Positions 38,029 through 45,405 of a DNA stretch of 64,000 nucleotides are shown in pieces. The notes under the pieces are model-generated. The model was not told the origin of the DNA, did not search any database, and was given only the letters and a program-made list of their open reading frames with translations. The stretch is from assembly GCA_964574415.1 (NCBI GenBank), contig CAZNNM010000009.1:4975-68974 (forward strand). Direction: 5' to 3'. Source of the DNA: an uncultured Rickettsiales bacterium. Its GTDB lineage: Bacteria; Pseudomonadota; Alphaproteobacteria; Rickettsiales; CAZNNM01. The position numbers were made by a program, and so were the translations under genes. Within the stretch, counting starts at the first letter, position 1. The number at the start of each line of letters is the position of its first letter.

Positions 38029-38410
38029 TTAGCTATGATTAAAAGTTAAAAACTGTTGCATGAACCATCCTAAAAGCAGCAACAACCCTCCCAAAAAACC
38101 GATTAGAATAACACTTACTCGTGTTAGAGTTTTCAGAAACTGGCTACTTGTATTGGCGCTGTTTTTCCATATTATAAAAAGTGCAAGTAAGCAGTAGCAT
38201 ACAGCTATAGAAAAATATATTGTACCAAACCAAAATTCATTATACCGACCAAATGCCTCATGAATAGACGGATACAGATAGCTCCACAGATAAATCATAG
38301 CTGTTACAAGAGCACTTGATACAGCTACCCCCCCAACCCCAGAACACAATCCAGAGCTTTTCCTCGCCTCTCCAACACCGTTTTATATGATTTACAAATC
38401 CAGACAACAT
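38029..38410 (-). pseudogene. frameshifted paralogue of the 36124..36528 membrane protein (G7 tract)
   Basis: ATG 38410 opens MLSGFVNHIKRCWRGEEKLWIVFWGWG, matching MSIVNHLKRCWKGEVRLWIVFWGWG in the paralogue. The frame is then lost at a run of 7 G on the minus strand (7 C on the plus strand, 38328-38334). The rest of the homologue (the 106-aa ORF 38029..38349) is in the adjacent frame, and G6 would restore a single ORF. Confidence 0.7.
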
Positions 38411-38442
38411 CTTCTCTTCCCATAGTTGTATTTCGCAACCGC

Positions 38443-38471
38443 ACCATACCTAACAGCCCAACCACTGTCAA
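38443..38471 (-). promoter_or_regulatory. sigma70-type promoter, cassette copy 4
   Basis: On the minus strand: TTGACA, a 17-nt spacer, then TATGGT, about 33 nt upstream of ATG 38410. GGAAGAG lies before the ATG. Confidence 0.55.
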
Positions 38472-38595
38472 CTTTACCGATTCACCAATAAGTTATACTT
38501 TCTGGCGGATATCCGCTCGCATGATGCTATAACTCTCTGGTATATAAAAAGAGTAATGGTTGTGTTTTTAGCGCTTTGGCATAAATAGAATATTG

Positions 38596-39096
38596 CTAGG
38601 CAGCTGATGAATACGTTGTATTCCCATTCGCCAAGGAAATCATCGCATCCACCCGTAAATCAGGAATAGCATAACGGCGCTGGCTCAAATCTATCCCAAA
38701 ATCACCGCTCTCATAACCCTTAACCTTGATGCTATGCGTAGAGTCCTGGGCTTGGATGACTAAATCTCCATTCTGAACGGAGACGCTATAGGTTTTTCCC
38801 TTATGGGTCGTGGTGCAGGATATTTCGCTGGCACATTCAAAGCTGCTTGTGCCGAACTGCCCTTCATCAATATCAATACAGTACGATGGCCAGTAAGCGG
38901 CAAGGTGAGATACGATGCAGGAAGGTGAATACCAAAATAGGTACTGACTTATTTTGAAATAATTGCCGTCATTTTTGGACTTGATCGGCGTTGTTGCATG
39001 GCGATAAAATACCCTGTCATCAGCCCAAGGATGACAAGCATTCATAACACCTATGTATTTTTCTAATGTTATCTTGGGACTGTCACATTCTGACAA
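38596..39096 (-). pseudogene. chimeric remnant ORF F (unrelated 5' part with MITE fragment, out-of-frame patch of gene A, E-like segment)
   Basis: nt 38874-38938 are identical to gene A nt 23033-23097 but are read in a different frame. Downstream, FGTSSFECASEISCTTTHKGKTYSVSVQNGDLVIQAQDSTHSIKVKGYESGDFGIDLSQRRYAIPDLRVDAMISLANGN is colinear with E. It ends with the tail TYSSAA*. nt ~38975-39000 match the MITE terminal sequence CTTGATCGGCGTTGTTGCATGG. Confidence 0.65.
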
Positions 39097-39162
39097 CGAC
39101 TCAAACGGTCAGGCACTCAACCCAGAATACACGAAACGTATCGCGTTTCTGAGTAAGTGGAT

Positions 39163-39190
39163 GGGACGGCGAAACCGTCCCTTTTTGCTT
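39163..39190. terminator. GC-rich hairpin immediately after the 798-aa gene
   Basis: GGGACGG-cgaaa-CCGTCCC followed by TTTTTGCTT on the plus strand. On the minus strand, which is the coding strand of the flanking genes, an A-run precedes the stem and no U-tract follows it. Confidence 0.45.
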
Positions 39191-41585
39191 AGGAGATGAC
39201 ACAGTGGTCATGCTTCCGCTGCTTTTGTACTTTTTCGGTATGCAGTGACTGTGAGGAACTTGCGATACCTCCCATGGCTCCATTTGAAGATGATGCTTGC
39301 AGAGAAGGCTGCGGAGATTCATCAGGTGTCAACACTGAGACAGCAGGCATGGCACGGCTAAGCAGGGCAGATGGCGCATCCCTGCCTAATATTGCCCTCA
39401 GATTTCCCGATGCCCCCAATGCATCACGCGTTGCTTGTGCCAGCCTGCTTGCATCTTGTAGGGTGAGATAGGATGCCAGACTCTCCATAACAGATTGTGC
39501 CGTATGAATAAGAGGCTGCTGTACAGAGCGGGATTGCACATAAAAACTTGTCCAAACAGGGCCTGGCACATTACCCGAAACACCTAAAACAGAGCTATGA
39601 TATTCATAGGCTAGTTCTGTAGGCCTTATCTGTATCTGCTGTATAAAATGCATACATGTTGCAGGATATTTTTCTAATCTCGTAAGGAGATTTATATACG
39701 CCGCAGGATTCTCCTGTAACTGTCGAAGGAAATCAGCATATTTCGCATCATGCTCTTGTAACTGTACCAGGAAATCAGCACATGCTACAGGGCCCTTCTG
39801 TAGCTCGACAAGAAAATCAGCATATGTATCAGGGTAGCGCCCTAATATTGTGAGAAACTGAGTACATACACCATCCAGCGATAAAATATTTTCTTTTATT
39901 CCAGCTATTGTCCAACCTTTTGCTACTAATATGGATAGGCTGAAACATCCTCCCCCCAATATCTTTTCCAATGTTTCAAAGTCATCTTTATAACACTCTA
40001 TGATAAACTGAGGAGCAACACCTATATCTGCTAACAGCATCGCTCCATGCATCATCTTTCCGAGCAATACAGGTTGTGTTTTAGATAGCGATATAATGTA
40101 CTCATTAGGAACATTGAGTCTTTGCAAATCCTCAATAGCCCCAATCCCAGCAGCATATAAGATTTTACTCCAACCTGTTGGTTCTGTAATGCATCCATTC
40201 ACAAGCTGCGCATTAATGATGCCAAGTTCCTTGAGTACCCGAAGTCCTTCCAACCCATCTCCAGTAATCATTTGGCACAGGAGATGCGGGGTATGCATAA
40301 AAAGCTCGTGTATTTCCGGCATTCGGAATACCATAATTTGTAAGGATCGCAGCCCTCGCAACCCATCTTTACTTATCATCTGACACAGGAGATGCGGGGT
40401 ATGCATAAAAAGCTTTTGTATTCCCTCCATTGGGAATCCTGTATCTATTAAAGCTCCCAGTCCTTTCAACCTATTTTCTACAATTATCTGATAGAGCAGA
40501 TATGGCTCATTCACAACAAGATTTCGTACACCTTCCTTAGAAAGATATCCCTCTCTTAATATACACATTACGTACTGCCCAGCGTTGCTCATTATCTGCG
40601 CCAGAATATCTGGTTTCTCCGTAAAGAGTGTTTGCACCTCTTCTCCCGTAACCCCCATCTCCTGGAATACTTGCGGACACTCTAAGCTAATCGACGCCAG
40701 CATATCGCTTAAAAGAGCAGGGTTAGCTTTAAATAGATTCACAATATTATCATTATGAATACCCAATTGCTGCAATACCAGCACCCCATCCTGATTAACA
40801 TACCTTAATACATTAACAAAAGCGTATGGATTCGTTTCCAATACTTTCAGGATCGACCCTTTCCGCACACCTAAATTCTGCAATAATATGATGGTTTCCA
40901 GCCCCATGGGACTACCTATAGAAACGAATAGTGTTATATCCGTCTGAAACACGCCTGTAATCGTTTTATTATATACCCCTAATGCTCTGAATGCTATAAG
41001 ACCATCTAATAGTTTTTCATATGACAGCCTTGAATTCTCCATAAGCACATGAAAAATATCTAACGGAGAGATGCCAATATCCTGAAACCCCCGCAACTCC
41101 CCTTGTTCTACTTTAGATACCAGCGCCTTTAACAATGAATAGAGATGCCGAGCATCCTGTTGGTACCATTGCTCAATCTGGCCCTTCGTAGCTCCCCAGC
41201 TATGCAACACCCAAAATCCTTCCAGCTGAGAACGCCATCTTTGTTGATTGGCAGAATCACGCACAATCTTCTCCAGTACCTCACTCAGAAATACGGGAGC
41301 CTCGCGAAACAACTCACCTACCTGTTCAATACTCACACCAGCATCACGCAATTGCTTTAATTCACCAGCATACTTAACTATCTTACTAAAGAGTTGGTCA
41401 TACTTAGAAAACAGCGCAATAATATCATCGCGATTAATTCCCGCACCCTCTAATGCTTGAAGTACCCCCTGTCTCCTATACCCATCCATCGCCTCCGGCC
41501 ATTCTCTGACTGGATTCTGTACAGGGGTGACTGGCGCGGTAGCAGAAGATGAGGCAGTAGGCGTGTTTTTTGTTTTTTTAGGCAT
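39189..41585 (-). CDS. mTERF-like repeat protein (eukaryote-like effector candidate)
   Basis: 798-aa ORF made of more than 12 consecutive ~36-aa units of the form LxxLG(I/V)xxxxIxxLFxxxPxLLxxMxxxxxxxxxx, for example LQQLGIHNDNIVNLFKANPALLSDML and LIDTGFPMEGIQKLFMHTPHLLCQMI. Five or six ~12-aa YADFLxxLQxxP units follow. The C-terminus has an F-box-half-like LASYLTLQDASRLAQAT. Confidence 0.6.
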   Translation of the reverse strand: MPKKTKNTPTASSSATAPVTPVQNPVREWPEAMDGYRRQGVLQALEGAGINRDDIIALFSKYDQLFSKIVKYAGELKQLRDAGVSIEQVGELFREAPVFLSEVLEKIVRDSANQQRWRSQLEGFWVLHSWGATKGQIEQWYQQDARHLYSLLKALVSKVEQGELRGFQDIGISPLDIFHVLMENSRLSYEKLLDGLIAFRALGVYNKTITGVFQTDITLFVSIGSPMGLETIILLQNLGVRKGSILKVLETNPYAFVNVLRYVNQDGVLVLQQLGIHNDNIVNLFKANPALLSDMLASISLECPQVFQEMGVTGEEVQTLFTEKPDILAQIMSNAGQYVMCILREGYLSKEGVRNLVVNEPYLLYQIIVENRLKGLGALIDTGFPMEGIQKLFMHTPHLLCQMISKDGLRGLRSLQIMVFRMPEIHELFMHTPHLLCQMITGDGLEGLRVLKELGIINAQLVNGCITEPTGWSKILYAAGIGAIEDLQRLNVPNEYIISLSKTQPVLLGKMMHGAMLLADIGVAPQFIIECYKDDFETLEKILGGGCFSLSILVAKGWTIAGIKENILSLDGVCTQFLTILGRYPDTYADFLVELQKGPVACADFLVQLQEHDAKYADFLRQLQENPAAYINLLTRLEKYPATCMHFIQQIQIRPTELAYEYHSSVLGVSGNVPGPVWTSFYVQSRSVQQPLIHTAQSVMESLASYLTLQDASRLAQATRDALGASGNLRAILGRDAPSALLSRAMPAVSVLTPDESPQPSLQASSSNGAMGGIASSSQSLHTEKVQKQRKHDHCVIS

Positions 41586-41768
41586 GATGTATCCGCTTTA
41601 TGTTTGCTATCTACTGACAGAAGTCAGCATATGGCTATTCATGAAAGAAAATACAATATTATTATGTACAATATACGCCAACAACAAATATTGAAATATT
41701 TACCATGCATTCAAAAAGAATAAATAATATATTGTTATATCAAGAAAGATCGAGCTATCAACTCACAC

Positions 41769-42230
41769 CTATATCCTCATAAACTCCGAATACACCCCAT
41801 CCTTAAGCTGGTAAATAATGAACGGAGCTTCTTTGGGGCCGGGCATACCTGGAGTGCCGATTGGCATTCCAGGTAGCGCGATACCATCAATATCGGGGTT
41901 TTCTTCCAGAAGTTTACTCACGGCTTTAAGGGGGACATGACCTTCAATGAAATATTTACCGATAATGGTGGTATGACAAGAACGCATTTCTGCGGGGATG
42001 TTATGGGTATCTTTTACCGCATCCACCGCTTCCGTATTAGTCGAGCGCACCTTCCAACCCTTCTCCTCAAGAACACGAACGTAACCTGTACAGCAGCTAC
42101 AACTTGGTGATTTAAAGACTTCTGCGGAATAGGTCACTTCTTGCTGATCCTGGCTGATATCAAGAACATATAAACCAGTACCCAGCAGGATTGATGCTCC
42201 TAGGAAGAAGAGAAATAAGGTGCCTTTCAT
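41769..42230 (-). CDS. copG: DUF411 (CopG-type) periplasmic metal-binding protein
   Basis: Signal/anchor helix, a Cys cluster SPSCSCCTGY, and the conserved ...FIEGHVPLKAV... and GMPIGTPGMPG segments typical of DUF411 proteins in cop clusters. Confidence 0.75.
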   Translation of the reverse strand: MKGTLFLFFLGASILLGTGLYVLDISQDQQEVTYSAEVFKSPSCSCCTGYVRVLEEKGWKVRSTNTEAVDAVKDTHNIPAEMRSCHTTIIGKYFIEGHVPLKAVSKLLEENPDIDGIALPGMPIGTPGMPGPKEAPFIIYQLKDGVYSEFMRI

Positions 42231-42251
42231 TATACTATCCTCGGCTTAACG

Positions 42252-42491
42252 TTACTGCTTTTTCATTTTTTCATGATCCATGGTGCTCATATCACCATCA
42301 GCTTGCTTAGAACATTTTTCTTTTTCTGCGCAATCTTTAGAACAATCTTTTCCCTTAGCACATTCCATCATGCAATCTTTCCCTTGCGGGCATGCTTCTT
42401 TGCTTGCATGGTCATGTGCTGATCCTGCATAACCTATAGCAGGTGTCATAATAACTGAGGCAATAAGTAGTTTTCTCATGATATTTTTCAT
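42252..42491 (-). CDS. small secreted Cys/Met/His-rich protein (putative metal binding)
   Basis: 79-aa ORF with a signal peptide (ending GYAGSA). It has repeated KDC/KEKC motifs and an HDHxxK...MDHEKM segment, and it lies within the cop cluster. Confidence 0.5.
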   Translation of the reverse strand: MKNIMRKLLIASVIMTPAIGYAGSAHDHASKEACPQGKDCMMECAKGKDCSKDCAEKEKCSKQADGDMSTMDHEKMKKQ

Positions 42492-42514
42492 AGTCTTTCT
42501 CCTTTTTGTTATGG

Positions 42515-43039
42515 TTAGTGGGGTTGTTTATCCGTCGTCGTAGGATCTTGTGAACTTGTCTCTTCATGGCTATGGCTACCATGGCCACCATCGCCTTGCA
42601 CCTCTGGTATCCGCATGACACCGAGTCCATACCGATACACTGCCTCGCCTCCCTTATAACCCGTCACGGCTAAAAGCGCAGATGTACCTATCATTGCAAC
42701 TAAGAACACAGCACTTACTGTTCTCGCACCGCGTTGTTTCCATAAAGACCAGAATGTGAGTATTATAACTATAGCAGCCGTTACCAGTGCCCAGTTACGG
42801 TGATCTGTCATTGCAGCATGGGAAGGCGCATCATGAGTAACGGTATTATAGGCATAAAAACCAGCCAGCACCGTGCCTATTGTTATGAAGCCACCTATCC
42901 ATAAATTCCATCGTGCAATCATCAGTAGATGCTCCTGCCGAAAGACGCGTCCGAGACAATAGAGAGCCGTTGATATAGCCACTAACCCTATTGTAAAATG
43001 CACAAATATCGGATGCCAGTTAGGAATTATTTCGATCAT
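42515..43039 (-). CDS. DUF2231-type membrane protein of copper-resistance clusters
   Basis: N-terminal WHPIFVHFTIGL motif, four to five TM helices, and a His-rich C-terminus (GDGGHGSHSHEE). Confidence 0.65.
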   Translation of the reverse strand: MIEIIPNWHPIFVHFTIGLVAISTALYCLGRVFRQEHLLMIARWNLWIGGFITIGTVLAGFYAYNTVTHDAPSHAAMTDHRNWALVTAAIVIILTFWSLWKQRGARTVSAVFLVAMIGTSALLAVTGYKGGEAVYRYGLGVMRIPEVQGDGGHGSHSHEETSSQDPTTTDKQPH

Positions 43040-43048
43040 TTCTATCTC

Positions 43049-43783
43049 CTAAAACATTACACGTAAACCCACGCTCGCAACGGCACTATCACGGTTTTCA
43101 CCAGACTGTTTTGCCATACGCGCGGTTTCACCAAAAGTGCTTTCGTAGCTTAAATCAATATAAGGAGCGAATTTCCGAGTAAATTCATAACGGGTTTGAA
43201 TACCGAACCCACCATTGGTGATACCCGCTCCGATCTCCTGCTCAGGCACATCCTGAGCAGAGAGATTGATCTCTAGATACGGCTGGGTGATAAGCTTCTG
43301 GGTAAGAAGAAAATCATTTTCCTGCCGGAGCCTAGCAGTTACATCGCCTTTATCACTGATAAAAAGATGGGCTTCGGTTTCAAAGAAATACGGCGCCAGC
43401 CCTTCTACGCCCGCCACCATATAGGTAGTGGATTCTGGCTGGTCATCGAAGCGTATGCCTATTTGTGCATCCCAAAATGCAGAGACATTACGGCTATACA
43501 TCGCCCAGTATTCCGCTTGTTCTGCCACCTCACCTTCCAGCTTTTCACCTTCGGATTTGAGCCATAATTTATTCTCATCCGTTCCAATCCACCCATCGAA
43601 ATCCCAAGAGTAGAGCGCACCATCACGGCTAGCGCCTATATCAGTTTCAAGCTTCATAGCATGGAACACCTCCCCGCCATGTTCTTTTTTATGCGCTTCA
43701 TCTGCGAAGGCTGCGAACGGGGCTAGGCATGCTATAGATATAGCAATACTATATAATTTAGTGCGCATGCTGAGGCCTTTCAT
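43049..43783 (-). CDS. copB: copper resistance protein B (outer-membrane CopB/PcoB family)
   Basis: Signal peptide MRTKLYSIAISIACLAPFAAFA, so the start is probably ATG 43768. CopB-type segments FDGWIGTDENKLWLKSEGE and WDAQIGIRFD are present, and the protein ends in a terminal F. Confidence 0.85.
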   Translation of the reverse strand: MKGLSMRTKLYSIAISIACLAPFAAFADEAHKKEHGGEVFHAMKLETDIGASRDGALYSWDFDGWIGTDENKLWLKSEGEKLEGEVAEQAEYWAMYSRNVSAFWDAQIGIRFDDQPESTTYMVAGVEGLAPYFFETEAHLFISDKGDVTARLRQENDFLLTQKLITQPYLEINLSAQDVPEQEIGAGITNGGFGIQTRYEFTRKFAPYIDLSYESTFGETARMAKQSGENRDSAVASVGLRVMF

Positions 43784-45386
43784 TCTCTGGTGCGTTTGGC
43801 ATATCTTTTGTATCCAATTTTGCTACCACAACTTTATTCATCATTCCTGCCATCATGTGATAGAGCAAATGGCAATGGAATGCCCATTCGCCCACCTCAT
43901 CGGCGGTAAGAAGCACAGAATAACTTTGGCCTGGCGGCACAATCACCGTATGTTTATTCGGAAGTTTCTCGGCTGGCTGGCCATTTTCCAGCTGCACGAA
44001 CATGCCATGGAGATGCATAGGATGTGCCATCATCGTATCATTCACAAATGTCAAACGCACACGCTCACCATAGCGCAACTGCATCGGGCCGGCTTCGGAG
44101 TATTTTTTGCCGTTGATCGTCCATATATAACGCTCCATATTGCCGCCTAAACGCACTTCCAGCGTACGTTCTGGCGCACGTGTATCTTTTTGGATGCCGA
44201 GATAGCGTAAATCGGCATAAGAGAGCGCTTTATCACCTTGCGGTGTACCAGCCTTGGCCCAACCGCTTTGCATGTCCTCGCGCATGGCTTGCATTTCTTC
44301 TGCACTCATGGCGCTATGATCCATGCCAGACATATCATGTTCCATACCCATATCCGTCATTGTAAGCAAGGCACGTGGACGCGGTGCTGGCACCTCGCCT
44401 TTCATATTTTCGCGCGGTGCAAGGGTGCTTAAGGCAAAGCCTGTGCGGTCGATGGGTTCGGCTACGATCGTATAGGCTTTATCTTCTTTAGGCGTGACAA
44501 CCACATCATAGGTTTCTGCTACACCAAAGCGGAATTCATCCACGCCAACCGGCTCAACATTCTGCCCATCGGCAGATACAACTTGCATTTTTAATCCGGG
44601 AATCCGCACATCATAAAATGACATCGCCGAAGCATTAATAAACCGCAAGCGCACACGCTCACCAGGCTTAAATAACGCTGTCCAGTTTTGATCAGGGGTT
44701 TTGCCGTTGGTGAGGAACGTATAGCCAGTAACATCCGATAAATCAGTAGGCAACATCCGCATCTCACCCCACATTTTGGCATTCTGCCAGGCTTTGCCGA
44801 AACCTTGATCTTTCACATCGGCAAAGAAATCTCCCACTGTACGGCGGGCATATTGATAATATTCAGCGGACATTTTAAGGTTCTTCATGATGGTGCTGGA
44901 TTCTTCCTCATGGAAATCGGAGAGTACAACAACATAATCCTTATCCGCTTTGATAGGATCCACATCTTTTGGTGTAATCACCATCGCACCATAAAGCCCA
45001 TCCTGCTCCTGCCCCATACTATGGGCATGATACCAATAAGTGCCGGCTTGGCGCAGGGTGAAACGATAGGGAAATGTCTTGCCAGGTTTTATCCCTGAAA
45101 AACCATTAAACCCTGGCACACCATCCATCTCACCCGGCAATAACAATCCATGCCAGTGGAGCGAAGTATCTTCCCTTAAATGATTTGTCACATTAAGCGT
45201 GACCTCTTCACCTTCCTTAAAACGGAGTGTTGGGCCTGGAATACTGCCGTTTATCGTCAATTTCTCGACAGGTTTGCCAGTAATAGTGACTTTCTCACGA
45301 GCAATATCCAACGCATATACACCTGCCCATGCGGGTGTAGCGAATAGGAGCGATATCGCGATGACTGTATTACGCATATATGTCAT
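43758..45386 (-). CDS. copA: multicopper oxidase CopA/PcoA
   Basis: Cu-site motifs HWHGLLLP, YWYHAHS, HPMHLHGMF and HCHLLYHMMAGMM, plus a Met-rich insert (MGMEHDMSGMDHSAMSAEEMQAM). Confidence 0.9.
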   Translation of the reverse strand: MTYMRNTVIAISLLFATPAWAGVYALDIAREKVTITGKPVEKLTINGSIPGPTLRFKEGEEVTLNVTNHLREDTSLHWHGLLLPGEMDGVPGFNGFSGIKPGKTFPYRFTLRQAGTYWYHAHSMGQEQDGLYGAMVITPKDVDPIKADKDYVVVLSDFHEEESSTIMKNLKMSAEYYQYARRTVGDFFADVKDQGFGKAWQNAKMWGEMRMLPTDLSDVTGYTFLTNGKTPDQNWTALFKPGERVRLRFINASAMSFYDVRIPGLKMQVVSADGQNVEPVGVDEFRFGVAETYDVVVTPKEDKAYTIVAEPIDRTGFALSTLAPRENMKGEVPAPRPRALLTMTDMGMEHDMSGMDHSAMSAEEMQAMREDMQSGWAKAGTPQGDKALSYADLRYLGIQKDTRAPERTLEVRLGGNMERYIWTINGKKYSEAGPMQLRYGERVRLTFVNDTMMAHPMHLHGMFVQLENGQPAEKLPNKHTVIVPPGQSYSVLLTADEVGEWAFHCHLLYHMMAGMMNKVVVAKLDTKDMPNAPENERPQHAH

Positions 45387-45405
45387 ATGTTCTTTTTCTC
45401 CATCA

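Noticed and set aside
20077-39096. Interpreting the mosaic locus as an Rhs/T6SS, MafB or classical CDI orphan array
   Set aside because: I saw no YD/Rhs repeats, PAAR, VgrG/Hcp, TPS domain or MafB-type N-terminus in these proteins. The variable part is N-terminal and the fragments lie upstream, so it does not fit those known architectures. I kept it as an unclassified system.
39101-39322. 73-aa minus ORF overlapping the end of the 798-aa gene and the terminator hairpins
   Set aside because: It is an alternative frame of a supported gene that continues through intergenic hairpins, so it is unlikely to be coding.
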